Source: an uncultured delta proteobacterium (GTDB lineage Bacteria > Desulfobacterota > Desulfuromonadia > Desulfuromonadales > BM103). Taken from it: a stretch of 64,000 bases of DNA. Of the stretch, positions 20,483 to 30,229 are shown one piece after another. Under the pieces are notes generated by a model that worked only from the letters and a program-made list of their open reading frames with translations, was not told the DNA's origin and made no database searches. How positions within the stretch are numbered: position 1 is the first letter of the stretch; each line of letters begins with the position of its first letter. The stretch covers positions 1 through 64,000 of the forward strand of contig CAVQRZ010000043.1 of NCBI GenBank assembly GCA_963715335.1, written 5' to 3'. A program made the translations under genes and the position numbers.

Positions 20483-21483
20483 TGCCGATCCTGCTCAGCG
20501 TAGAAAACCTGCACAAGGCTTTTAGAGTCAGTGCGAATCGACCGGGCGCACCGAAGTTGCGGCTGAAAGCCGTGGACGGGATATCTTTCGAGATTGAGGC
20601 CGGCGAAACTCTCGGCCTGGTCGGCGAATCTGGTTGCGGTAAATCGACCGCCGGCAAACTGCTGTTGCGCCTGATTGAGCCTGACGAAGGCATCATACGC
20701 TTTGCCGGCAAATCTGTGACCGGCATGCCGAAACGTCAGTTGACCGCACTCCGCCGCGACATGCAGATGATTTTCCAGGACCCCTTTTCTTCACTCAACC
20801 CGCGTATGCGGGTCGGCGAGATCATCGGCGAACCGCTGATTGTGCATGACATGGTCAAGGGGCGGGACACCCGCGCCCAGGTCCTCGCCCTGATGGAGAA
20901 GGTCGGACTTTCTGCTGAACATTACGATCGTTATCCTCACGAATTCTCCGGCGGCCAGCGTCAGCGCATCGGAATTGCCCGCACCCTGGCGGTGCAACCG
21001 CGTCTGGTCGTCGCCGACGAGCCGGTTTCGGCGCTAGACCTCTCGATCCAGGCCCAGATCGTCAACCTTCTCAAGGACCTGCAAAAGGAATTCGGCCTGA
21101 CCTACCTTTTCATCTCACACGATCTCGGCGTCATCGAGCATGTCTGCGACCGGGTCGCGGTCATGTACCTGGGGAGAATCGTTGAAATCGCCACTGTGGA
21201 AGACCTCTATGGTCGCCCCCGTCACCCCTATACCGAGGCCCTGCTGAACGCGGTGCCGTTTCCGGACCCGAACAGGCATCGTCAGAAGCAGGTCTTAAGT
21301 GGCGAGATCCCCTCTCCGATTGATCCGCCGACAGGTTGTCACTTCCACCCGCGCTGCCCTTATGCAAAAGATATCTGTCGGCAGGAATATCCTGCGTTCT
21401 CCGAACAGGTTCCCGGGCACACGGCAGCCTGCCATTTCAGTGCAGAGGTAGGCCGTTTTCGCACAAACGTCAACCAGACTTGA
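20479..21483 (+). CDS. oppF: Oligopeptide/dipeptide ABC transporter ATPase OppF/DppF
   Basis: YPHEFSGGQRQR, DEPVSALD, GCHFHPRCP. Confidence 0.92.
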   Translation: MMPILLSVENLHKAFRVSANRPGAPKLRLKAVDGISFEIEAGETLGLVGESGCGKSTAGKLLLRLIEPDEGIIRFAGKSVTGMPKRQLTALRRDMQMIFQDPFSSLNPRMRVGEIIGEPLIVHDMVKGRDTRAQVLALMEKVGLSAEHYDRYPHEFSGGQRQRIGIARTLAVQPRLVVADEPVSALDLSIQAQIVNLLKDLQKEFGLTYLFISHDLGVIEHVCDRVAVMYLGRIVEIATVEDLYGRPRHPYTEALLNAVPFPDPNRHRQKQVLSGEIPSPIDPPTGCHFHPRCPYAKDICRQEYPAFSEQVPGHTAACHFSAEVGRFRTNVNQT

Positions 21484-21527
21484 AGCGATAGAGATTAAAG
21501 AAAGCCCTAAAGGAATGGAGAGATTGC

Positions 21528-22013
21528 ATGCCGAGTTTTGATGTTGTGTTCAAGGTAGACCTGCAGGAAGTGGACAATGCCATTAACCTGGCCCGTAAAG
21601 AGGTCAACCAGCGCTTCGATTTCAAAGGGACTCACAATGAAATAGACCTTGCGGATGATGGTATCGTCATCCTCGCTGCCGATGACTACAAGCTGACAGC
21701 GGTCGTCGACATCCTGCGCGGCAAGCTGGCGCGCCGCAACGTTTCCCCCAGCTGTCTTGATTTCGGCAAGAAGGAGCCCGCCTCGCACGGTGCAGTCCGC
21801 CAGCGCATCAATATCCTCCAGGGGATCGACAAGGAAAAAGGCAAGCAGATCACCAAAACGATCAAGGAGAGCAAGCTCAAGGTCCAGGCCCAGATCATGG
21901 AGGACCAGTTACGGGTCAGCGGCAAGAAAATCGACGATCTGCAGGAAGTTATCCAGCTCCTCAAGGGGAAGGATTTCGGCATCGAACTGCAGTTCATCAA
22001 CATGCGCAGCTAG
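21528..22013 (+). CDS. yajQ: YajQ-family nucleotide/c-di-GMP-binding protein
   Basis: [24 protein letters not shown]. Confidence 0.96.
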   Translation: MPSFDVVFKVDLQEVDNAINLARKEVNQRFDFKGTHNEIDLADDGIVILAADDYKLTAVVDILRGKLARRNVSPSCLDFGKKEPASHGAVRQRINILQGIDKEKGKQITKTIKESKLKVQAQIMEDQLRVSGKKIDDLQEVIQLLKGKDFGIELQFINMRS

Positions 22014-22103
22014 AGACAGAATGCTCCCGGCAAGATCAGTCACCAGCATGGGCATGGGCATGGGCGAGGCCAAGACCGATTATTCAGTCGTGGGAATTTA
22101 GCC

Positions 22104-22388
22104 GTGAAGATCTTGCGTGGCCTGATTGCTACTGTTCTGTTGTTGCTGCTGACTGCTTGCCCGAACCGGGGGCCGGAGTCAGACGCAGTGGCAGAACCCT
22201 GCACGGAGACCTGGTACCGAACTGTAGAGGCAACCGTCTCCTCCGGCGATGGCATGGGTCACGGGCCGGACGTTGGCTCCGAGGAATGGCAGTCCGTTAT
22301 TGAGTTTAAACTCGGGGTGCGCGGCAACCCCGACGTCCCGGATCGAAATAGCCAGGAATGGTGCCGATTTATCAATGACTTGTTATAG
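22104..22388 (+). CDS. Small hypothetical lipoprotein
   Basis: Lipobox LTAC; GDGMGHGPD.GS.EW...IEFKL motif. Confidence 0.75.
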   Translation: MKILRGLIATVLLLLLTACPNRGPESDAVAEPCTETWYRTVEATVSSGDGMGHGPDVGSEEWQSVIEFKLGVRGNPDVPDRNSQEWCRFINDLL

Positions 22389-22453
22389 CAGCGATCAGCA
22401 AAGCAGTCGGGAAGGCCTCTTCCGATCATCAGGACGCGTCGAGACAACCGCCT

Positions 22454-23470
22454 TCACTTCGAACAAAAGGCTTTGAACGCAGCAATCACAGCCGGGATAT
22501 CCGCCGCATCAAAATCGTGATGTGTCACCAGCCGCAGCTGGCCATACCCCCCGGCCAGGATCCCCCTCTCCTTGAGATAGTCGAGAAGACGTGCCTGCCT
22601 TTCCGGGTTCATGGTAACGAAGACCATATTGGTCTGCACAGCATCCATGTCAACATCAAGACCGTCGACCCCCGATAAACCCGCAGCCAGCTCCCCGGCA
22701 TTGCGATGATCTTCAGCGAGACGCTCGACGTTGTTTTCCAGGGCGTGGATACCCGCAGCAGCGAGAACCCCGGCCTGTCGCATCCCGCCCCCGGCCATCT
22801 TGCGCCAGCGACGCGCACGCGCGATCAATTCGTCTGAACCGACCAGGACAGAACCAACTGGCGCGCCGAGTCCTTTGGACAAGCAGATCGATACCGAATC
22901 GTAATATTGTGCGATTTGCGCCAGAGGAACCTGCTGACTGACCGCCGCATTGAACACCCGCGCGCCATCGAGATGCAGCTTCAGGCCACGCTCTCTGGCA
23001 AACCTGGAGGCCTCAGCCTGATAATCAAGGGGCAACACCCTGCCGCCCCGGGTGTTTTCGAGACAGAGCAGGCGGGTCACGGCAAAATGGTCATCGATTG
23101 GCTTGATCGCTGTGGCGACCTTCGCCAGATCGAGAGATCCGTTCACCTCGAAATCGATCGGTTGCGGTTGCACTCCGCCGAAAACCGCGGCACCACCTGC
23201 TTCGTAACGATAGCAATGGGCCTGCTGCCCGGCAATATACTCTTCACCGCGCTGACAGTGTGACAGGATCGCCAGGAGATTCCCCTGGGTGCCACTCGGT
23301 ACAAACAAGGCGGCTTCCTTACCCGCCATACCCGCAACCAGCTCCTGCAGACGGTTGACTGTCGGATCCTCACCATAGACATCATCTCCAAGTTCGGCGG
23401 CGAACATGGCCCGGCGCATGGTTTCAGTGGGTCTGGTGACTGTGTCACTGCGCAGATCGATGATTTTCAT
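22454..23470 (-). CDS. ltaE: Low-specificity L-threonine aldolase
   Basis: [24 protein letters not shown] (PLP Lys). Confidence 0.96.
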   Translation of the reverse strand: MKIIDLRSDTVTRPTETMRRAMFAAELGDDVYGEDPTVNRLQELVAGMAGKEAALFVPSGTQGNLLAILSHCQRGEEYIAGQQAHCYRYEAGGAAVFGGVQPQPIDFEVNGSLDLAKVATAIKPIDDHFAVTRLLCLENTRGGRVLPLDYQAEASRFARERGLKLHLDGARVFNAAVSQQVPLAQIAQYYDSVSICLSKGLGAPVGSVLVGSDELIARARRWRKMAGGGMRQAGVLAAAGIHALENNVERLAEDHRNAGELAAGLSGVDGLDVDMDAVQTNMVFVTMNPERQARLLDYLKERGILAGGYGQLRLVTHHDFDAADIPAVIAAFKAFCSK

Positions 23471-23583
23471 ATTGATCACTTCTCCTGAATGGACCGGCTG
23501 ACTGGTCATACCATAACATTTGAGATTCTCCAACGCTATCAAGCTGTACGGTTTACAGCCTTGCAGCCAGCCTTCCTGATGTA

Positions 23584-23613
23584 TTGACACAATCGTGCCA
23601 GAAATGGCACAAT
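23584..23613 (+). promoter_or_regulatory. Sigma70-like promoter overlapped by a palindromic operator (CGTGCCAGAAATGGCACA, 23594-23611)
   Basis: TTGACA at 23584, TGnCACAAT -10; operator matches the boxes at 25972 and 26038. Confidence 0.65.
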
Positions 23614-23650
23614 CTTGCGTCACATCTACTCAAGACGACCCTGGAGAGCT

Positions 23651-25921
23651 ATGGGCCCGATCATTACCGTCAAGGAAAACTGTCGTAAATGCTACGCCTG
23701 CATCCGCAACTGTCCGGTCAAGGCGATCCGGGTCCACCGCAATTATGCCGAAGTCATCAGCGACCGATGCATCGGTTGCGGCAACTGCGTCAAGAGCTGC
23801 TCGCAGAAAGCCAAGGTGATCGCCGACCATGTCGGCGAGTGCCGGAACCTTCTCGCTGGTGAGCAGCCGCCGATTGCAATACTCGGCTGTTCGCATCCGG
23901 CCTTTTTCAACGACATCCGTTCAGGCCAGCTGGTAACCGGCCTGCGTCGTCTAGGTTTTGCAGAAGTCCACGAAGGCGCCGCCGGCGTTGACCTGTTGCG
24001 CAAAAGCTACCTGAAGAGCGTTGAACGGAACAAGCCTTATCCTCTGATAACGACCCACTGCCCGACAATCGTCGACCTGATCGAACGACACTATCCGCAA
24101 CTGCTGAAGAACCTGATCGAGCTGGTTTCGCCGATGGTGGCGATTGGCCGTTTCATCAAAAGCCGCACCAGCAAGGACACGCCGGTCGTCTATATCAGCT
24201 CCTGCATCGCCGGCAAGTTCGAGATTACCGCAGAGCAGACCGAAGGGGCGATTGACTGTGTCATTTCCTACCAGGAGCTCAGCCAGATGTTCAAGTACCG
24301 CAACCTTGACCTCAAGCGCCTCGGCGAAACGGCTTTTGACGGCATGGAACCCAAGCGTGGCAGACTCTTCGCAATTTCCGGGGGACCATTCAAATCCTTC
24401 GGCATCGCCAGCGAAATTACCAACAAGGACTACGTCGAGACCGAGGGAGAAGAGAACGCTCTGGAAGTCATTAAGGATCTCGCTGCCGGCCGAATTTCAC
24501 CAAAGGTGGCGGATATTCGCTTCTGCAACGGCGGCTGCATCGGCGGTCCGGGCAAAAACAACCGCCTGACCACATTTTCCAAACGCAACCTGATCATTGA
24601 CCAGCACCTTAACCAGAACCTTTATTATCGCACCAAGTCTACATACATCGCAGACATACCCTTGCCGGACTTCACCAGGACCTTCGCCAACAAGCATGAG
24701 CGGCCCAAAACTCCCAGCAGCGAACGATTGCGCCAGATCCTGCAGGCGACCGACAAGTATGAAACCAAGGACGAGCTGAATTGCGGTGCCTGCGGATATA
24801 CCACTTGTCGTGAACACGCTGTCGCTGTCTACCGGGAATTGGCCGAGGGAGACATGTGCCTCCCTTACTCTTTGAAGCGCCTGGAAGAAGACCACATCAA
24901 GCTTACCCAGAAATATGAACTTGCCCAGCATGCCCTGAAACAGGAATTCGGTGAAACCGCTATAATCGGCCACGACCCCCGTACCCGGGAGGTCATCAAA
25001 CTGATTCATCAGGTTGGTCCGACACCGACCACGGTCCTGATCCGTGGCGAGAGCGGAACCGGCAAGGAACTCACGGCCCGGGCCATCCATGCCCAAAGTC
25101 AGAGAGCCGACAAGCCCCTGGTTTCAATAAACTGCACGACCCTGACTGACAGTATTCTGGAAAGTGAACTGTTCGGTCACAAGAAAGGTTCTTTCACTGG
25201 CGCGGTCAATGACAAACGCGGCCTCTTCGAAGCAGCTGACGGCGGAACGATTTTCCTCGATGAAGTTGGCGATATCACCTCCAAACTTCAGGTGGAACTC
25301 CTGCGCGTCCTCGACAGCGGTGAAATCCGCCCGGTCGGCGGAAATGCGTCGACCAAGGTTGACGTCCGCCTGATTGCAGCAACCAACCGCAACCTCGAGC
25401 AGGGCGTCGCTGAAGGTTGGTTTCGCGAGGATCTCTTTTACCGTCTGAACGTCTTTACCATTACCATGCCGCCACTGAGGAATCGACTCGAGTCACTCGA
25501 TGGGCTACTCCAGGCATTCATTGCCAAAGCGAGCACCCGGGTCAACAAGACCCTGTTTGGCATTGAAGACCGGGCGATTCAGGCCATGCGCCAATATCAC
25601 TGGCCTGGCAACATCCGTGAACTGCAGAACATCATCGAACGTGCTGCTGTCCTGACCCGCGATGAGATCATCCGGCTGGAAAACCTGCCGGTTATTTTTG
25701 GCGAACTGGTTCTGCAGGCCCCGGGCGACAAGAGCAACGGCACCCTGCGGACACAGCGCCAAAAGCATCTGAACCAGGTTGAAAAAAACCTCATGACCCG
25801 CTACCTGCGCGAAGCTGAAGGCAATATTTCGGCGGCAGCGCGACTGGCTGGAATTCCCCGTCGCACCTTTTACCGCATGCTTAATCGCAATGGTCTCAAT
25901 GGAACCGATTTCAAGGCCTGA
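23651..25921 (+). CDS. Sigma54-dependent activator with 2x[4Fe-4S], [FeFe]-hydrogenase-like and FeS sensory domains
   Basis: CRKCYACIRNCP, CIGCGNCVKSC; TTHCP, SSCIAGKFE, RFCNGGCIGG; CGACGYTTC; GESGTGKE, ESELFGH, GSFTGA, WPGNIREL; Fis-type HTH. Confidence 0.93.
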   Translation: MGPIITVKENCRKCYACIRNCPVKAIRVHRNYAEVISDRCIGCGNCVKSCSQKAKVIADHVGECRNLLAGEQPPIAILGCSHPAFFNDIRSGQLVTGLRRLGFAEVHEGAAGVDLLRKSYLKSVERNKPYPLITTHCPTIVDLIERHYPQLLKNLIELVSPMVAIGRFIKSRTSKDTPVVYISSCIAGKFEITAEQTEGAIDCVISYQELSQMFKYRNLDLKRLGETAFDGMEPKRGRLFAISGGPFKSFGIASEITNKDYVETEGEENALEVIKDLAAGRISPKVADIRFCNGGCIGGPGKNNRLTTFSKRNLIIDQHLNQNLYYRTKSTYIADIPLPDFTRTFANKHERPKTPSSERLRQILQATDKYETKDELNCGACGYTTCREHAVAVYRELAEGDMCLPYSLKRLEEDHIKLTQKYELAQHALKQEFGETAIIGHDPRTREVIKLIHQVGPTPTTVLIRGESGTGKELTARAIHAQSQRADKPLVSINCTTLTDSILESELFGHKKGSFTGAVNDKRGLFEAADGGTIFLDEVGDITSKLQVELLRVLDSGEIRPVGGNASTKVDVRLIAATNRNLEQGVAEGWFREDLFYRLNVFTITMPPLRNRLESLDGLLQAFIAKASTRVNKTLFGIEDRAIQAMRQYHWPGNIRELQNIIERAAVLTRDEIIRLENLPVIFGELVLQAPGDKSNGTLRTQRQKHLNQVEKNLMTRYLREAEGNISAAARLAGIPRRTFYRMLNRNGLNGTDFKA

Positions 25922-25971
25922 CACAAAAGTGAGACAGCTCTAAGACAAAAATTGTCATATATTAACCATGT

Positions 25972-26055
25972 TGTGCCATTTATGGCGCAGCTATATCGCC
26001 CATCAATACAGCGTTTTCCCCGCACGACTCAATATGATGCGCCATAAATGGCACA
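25972..26055. promoter_or_regulatory. Pair of enhancer (UAS) boxes forming a perfect 18-bp inverted repeat
   Basis: TGTGCCATTTATGGCGCA (25972-25989) and its exact reverse complement TGCGCCATAAATGGCACA (26038-26055). Confidence 0.8.
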
Positions 26056-26142
26056 CTTCAGGCCAAGTGGTCGCAACAGCCCCAACCACCTAAAACCGCG
26101 CCAAATCAGCTTTTCACGAGAAAGACAGCGAAACCGTAGCTC

Positions 26143-26158
26143 TGGCACGATAATTGCT
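26143..26158 (+). promoter_or_regulatory. Sigma54 -24/-12 promoter
   Basis: TGGCACGATAATTGCT, GG-N10-GC consensus. Confidence 0.88.
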
Positions 26159-26168
26159 CAGAAACTTG

Positions 26169-26263
26169 AGTAACTGTCTAGGGACAATAGTTTCCATTCT
26201 AAGGATTCCTGCTCCCTTTTTTGCGCCGCCACGGAACCTCTCTCCTCCGGGCGGCGTTTTTTT
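26169..26263 (+). ncRNA. Putative sigma54-dependent small RNA (~95 nt)
   Basis: Lies between the sigma54 promoter and a strong terminator; no AUG; 5' hairpin, pyrimidine-rich linker, terminator loop ACCTCTCTCC. Confidence 0.7.
26223..26263 (+). terminator. Intrinsic terminator
   Basis: GCGCCGCC-a-CGGA...TCCG-GGCGGCG followed by T7. Confidence 0.88.
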
Positions 26264-26374
26264 ATCTGCCATTTTAGCCATCAGCGCGCATGGATTGATT
26301 TTTAGTTCGCCAAAAAGACTGTCGTCCGCTATCATATTAAAAACTGTCAACCACCTCTTTTTCCAAACAACTTC

Positions 26375-28720
26375 ATGCCAAGTACGCAGAGTCCAAAAAT
26401 AGGCATAACAACCCTTGAAGACATCAGTGCGCTGATTCTCCAGTCACATGATCTCGACGAGACTCTACGCAATATCGTGACACTCGTTGCGCGGCGCATG
26501 CGCACGGACGTCTGCTCGATTTATTTGCTGGACACAGACAACGTGACCCTGCGTCTGCAGGCATCCAAAGGCCTGTCTCGCAAAGCAGTGGGCAAAGTCA
26601 CGCTACGCATCGGTGAAGGTCTCACCGGCATGGCGGCCCAAAAACGGCACGCCATCGCCATCGAAGAGCCGCAAGAACATCCAAGCTACCGATATTTCAA
26701 AGAAACCGGTGAAGAGCGCTTCCACTCGTTCCTGGGAATCCCACTTTTCGACCGTAACAATCCGCTTGGCGTGATCGTTCTGCAAACCAAGGAACCACGC
26801 CAATTCAACAAGGAAGAGATCAGCGCCCTGGCGACGATTGCCTTCCAGGTCTCGTCGATTGTTGTCAATGCACGCCTGCTCGACTCGATTCGGCAACATC
26901 AGGAAGAGAACCTGCGCGCCAGCGAAGCTCTGGTCAAGGCCCAGCAGTCGATGTCGGACTCTGATCGCTTGGCAGATGACTCGACAGGAAACATTCTCTC
27001 GGGCAGGATAGCCTACCCCGGGGTCGTCATAGGCCCGGCGGCCATCCTCGAAGAAAGGTTCGGTTTTGCCGACATCCTGGACGAAGAGGGAGTAGATATC
27101 CAGGCCGAGTTGCAAAGTCTCGAAAGCGCTCTGGAGAAGACCTGTATTCAAACTATTTTCCTCGAGAAACGCGTCGCGGAGCGTCTGAGCGAAAGCGATG
27201 CGGCAATCTTCCACACCCATCTGATGATTCTTGAGGATCGCAGTTTCATCGCAAAGCTGCAGGATAAAATCAAAGACGGGCACAGTGCTGCATACGCCCT
27301 GGAAAAAACCGTCGCCAATTACCTCGAAGCCTTTGCGAAGATGGACGACCCCTATCTTCGGGAACGTGCAGCCGACATGGAAGACATCGGCCGACGTATC
27401 TTGGCCAACCTGATCGGCGATGGCTCGGAGCATACCCTGCACCTGAAACATCCCAGTGTGCTGGTCGCCAGGAAGATCCTTCCTTCTGACATGGCCTCGC
27501 TCGATAATGATCAGATCCTCGGCATCATTACCGAAGACTGTGAAACCAACTCACATGCCGTGATCATGGCGAAAGCGATGGGCATCCCGGCAATCGTCGG
27601 TGCCCGCGGGGCGGTGAGACAAATTGCGCCGGAAGACGACCTGATCGTGGATGCCAACTCGGGGCGTATTTACATTAAACCGATGGAGGCGATCAGAGAA
27701 GAATTCCAGAGGCTCCTTGCGGATCAAACGCGCGAACTGTGCCGTCTTGAGCAGTACCGCGATCAGCCTGCTGAGACCTCTGATGGCGAAAGGGTCACTT
27801 TACGCGCCAACATCGGCCTGATCAGTGACATCGTTATTGCAAAACGTTTTGGCGCCGAAGGCGTAGGCCTCTATCGAACCGAATTCCCCTACATGGCCCG
27901 GGGCGATTTTCCAGACCGGAACGATCAGTACGAACTGTACAGCAAAGTCGTCAGGGAATTCGAGGGCCAGCCTGTGACAATTCGGACCCTCGATATTGGT
28001 GGCGACAAGGGGCTCCCCTACTTTAGTCCACCGAAGGAAGATAACCCGTTTATGGGCTGGCGTTCCGTGCGCGTCTCTCTGGACAACCGGGACATTTTCC
28101 GTACCCAAATAGAGTCAATTCTCATGGCCGGTTGCCACGGCCCGGTCAAGCTGCTCTTCCCCATGATCTCGAGCCTGGAAGAAACCCGAGCCTGTCTTGA
28201 AGTCGTTGAGGAAGCCCGGGCCAATCTCAAAAAGGACGGGTTGGACTGCCCAGGCAAAATCCCCGTCGGCGTCATGATTGAAGTGCCTGCCGCAGTAAGA
28301 CTGGTCCCGCAACTTGCCAACGAAGTTGACTTTTTCGCCCTGGGCACCAACGACCTGATCCAATACCTGCTCGCCGCCGACCGCAACAACCCTCTGGTCA
28401 GCAAATACTACGATCCACTGCATCCTGCCGTCCTCCATGTCATCCATGAAGTCACCAGCACCGCATTGTCGAGGGGCAAGGGCGTAAGTCTTTGTGGAGA
28501 AATGGCAACCGACCCCATGACCCTGTTGCTTTTGCTCGGCATGGGCCTGAGAGAATTCTCCATGCCAGCGCCCTTCATCCCGCGGATCAAGGCTTTTCTG
28601 AAAAGCGTCTCCCTGGAAATGGCTTGCCAACGCTACGCGGAAATCAGCACCATGGACAGCAGCACGCAGATTCGTCAGCATCTGGCCGAGGTGTTGAAGG
28701 ATGTTAATCTAGGGGACTAG
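26375..28720 (+). CDS. ptsP: PEP-protein phosphotransferase EI-Ntr (GAF + enzyme I)
   Basis: N-terminal GAF; NSHAVI phospho-His; GVGLYRTEF, RTLDIGGDK, GTNDLIQY, CGEMA. Confidence 0.96.
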   Translation: MPSTQSPKIGITTLEDISALILQSHDLDETLRNIVTLVARRMRTDVCSIYLLDTDNVTLRLQASKGLSRKAVGKVTLRIGEGLTGMAAQKRHAIAIEEPQEHPSYRYFKETGEERFHSFLGIPLFDRNNPLGVIVLQTKEPRQFNKEEISALATIAFQVSSIVVNARLLDSIRQHQEENLRASEALVKAQQSMSDSDRLADDSTGNILSGRIAYPGVVIGPAAILEERFGFADILDEEGVDIQAELQSLESALEKTCIQTIFLEKRVAERLSESDAAIFHTHLMILEDRSFIAKLQDKIKDGHSAAYALEKTVANYLEAFAKMDDPYLRERAADMEDIGRRILANLIGDGSEHTLHLKHPSVLVARKILPSDMASLDNDQILGIITEDCETNSHAVIMAKAMGIPAIVGARGAVRQIAPEDDLIVDANSGRIYIKPMEAIREEFQRLLADQTRELCRLEQYRDQPAETSDGERVTLRANIGLISDIVIAKRFGAEGVGLYRTEFPYMARGDFPDRNDQYELYSKVVREFEGQPVTIRTLDIGGDKGLPYFSPPKEDNPFMGWRSVRVSLDNRDIFRTQIESILMAGCHGPVKLLFPMISSLEETRACLEVVEEARANLKKDGLDCPGKIPVGVMIEVPAAVRLVPQLANEVDFFALGTNDLIQYLLAADRNNPLVSKYYDPLHPAVLHVIHEVTSTALSRGKGVSLCGEMATDPMTLLLLLGMGLREFSMPAPFIPRIKAFLKSVSLEMACQRYAEISTMDSSTQIRQHLAEVLKDVNLGD

Positions 28721-29049
28721 GCAGAGCTTTTCCAGAACAGCAGAGTTCCGACGATCCACCCCGAAATGACAACGCACACACCACGTAACAAATAATTACG
28801 TGAATATCATCTGTTCGCTGCATGTTTTTCTCTTCTAGACTTCGGTATTTTGTGGCGCTTTCGGGTGGGCTGGTAGACCAGGAAGGTACAAAGGATATTG
28901 CCTGATCTTCAGAAAACGTCGAACACTATAAATCCTACGGACATGTAAGCCTCCCCCTGTGTCAGGATAGTTGTCTATGATGACTGTTCATCGTGACTTA
29001 TAGGAAAGACTTCCTCTACCTGCATTTGCTTTCAAGTAAATGCGCTGCT

Positions 29050-29934
29050 TTATGCCATGCCGACCATGACCACGCCTACGAAAATCAGACCGACGCCTAC
29101 CAAGCGTGGTTTGGAAACCTGACGCTCAATCCAAAATATCGAAATTAACACTGTAATTAAGATGCTGACTTGCCGAAAGGAGACAACGTAGGCGACTGGG
29201 TCACTGGTCAGAGCCAAAAGAATCAAGCTGTAGGAGATCAGAAAGATCAATCCGGCGAACAGGGCACGATACCGGTGGACAACTGGGTATTGTTGCTGCA
29301 AACGTAGAGTACAAACTTCCATGACTAACAGCGCCACTAGGTTTTGCAGGTACACGTAGTTGATACGGTAATAGATCGCTAGATCAATCGGCGCGGTCGG
29401 CATGTTCACAGCGGCATACTTGTCGATTACAGAAAAGAGACTGGTTGCAACCGCGGCAAGCAGAGCCCAGCAACAGCTTCGATTCAGATAATTGGCGGGA
29501 GTAAAGCCATTCGGACCTATGCTAAAACTGCCCATGGGTAGAACGAAACAGCCGACTACGACCAATACGATTCCTGCCATGCCAACAGCCGAAGGTGTCA
29601 CACCCCAAAGGAAAAGAACCCAAGTTACGACCAGGATCGGGAATGAGCGCGCTATCGGGTAGGCAACTGAAACCTGGCCATACTGGTAAGCCTTGCTGAG
29701 GCAGAAGAAAAACAGCCCTACGGCAAGACCTGAGGCGATTATACAGGCTAAATAGGTTGGCGAATAATCGACCAAGAAGAAGAATATCACGAATAAGGGT
29801 GCGTAGCAGAGGGCCGAAAATCGGAGTGCCTGGCGCATAAAAGCGATCGGACCGCCACTCGACTTGGCGAGAAGATTCCAGAGGCTATGACATACGGCCG
29901 AAAGCAAAACAAACAGGATCGCGGGTAAGCTCAA
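29050..29934 (-). CDS. EamA/DMT-family transporter
   Basis: About 10 TM helices; HSLWNLLAK, VAYPIARS, SFRQVS. Confidence 0.88.
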   Translation of the reverse strand: MSLPAILFVLLSAVCHSLWNLLAKSSGGPIAFMRQALRFSALCYAPLFVIFFFLVDYSPTYLACIIASGLAVGLFFFCLSKAYQYGQVSVAYPIARSFPILVVTWVLFLWGVTPSAVGMAGIVLVVVGCFVLPMGSFSIGPNGFTPANYLNRSCCWALLAAVATSLFSVIDKYAAVNMPTAPIDLAIYYRINYVYLQNLVALLVMEVCTLRLQQQYPVVHRYRALFAGLIFLISYSLILLALTSDPVAYVVSFRQVSILITVLISIFWIERQVSKPRLVGVGLIFVGVVMVGMA

Positions 29935-30122
29935 GGGAGTAAGACTCCTTGGTAAGTGCTACATGAGGCCTCTTCAGAATATCATGAGGCAGGATCATCC
30001 TCAGCAAGATATTCACTCTCGCTTTTCGTTAACATATCAAACATCAAAATTTCCCAAGGACTTCTTTCGTTTGGTTAAGAGGCCATAAATTGGCTGATTC
30101 ATCAGAAGTCCTGCAATGTAAG

Positions 30123-30151
30123 AATGGCCCGTCCTTCATGGATGGGCCATT
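30123..30151. terminator. Hairpin/terminator downstream of the TPR gene
   Basis: AATGGCCCGTCC-ttcat-GGATGGGCCATT. Confidence 0.6.
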
Positions 30152-30229
30152 TTCGCATCTTATTGATGGTGACCTATAGGAGCCCTCAAAATACTTACAT
30201 TTAAGGCTCCTCTCATAGCTGGCCTGTTT

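Noticed and set aside
22046..22064. (GCATGG)x3 repeat
   Set aside because: Too short to separate from chance; no associated structure
23605..23619. TGGCACAATCTTGC as a sigma54 promoter
   Set aside because: GG-to-GC spacing is 9 nt, not the required 10; better explained as an operator half-site plus a -10 element
26114..26402. ORFs 26154..26402 (+) and 26114..26350 (-) as an hgtR-like gene
   Set aside because: The plus ORF starts inside the -12 promoter element with no RBS and crosses the terminator; neither looks like a DNA-binding protein
28810..28944. Selenoprotein: MSVGFIVFDVF-TGA-RSGNILC... after a GGGGAGG RBS (minus strand)
   Set aside because: No UxxC/CxxU context, no clear SECIS hairpin, no family resemblance; at most an 11-aa ORF or remnant
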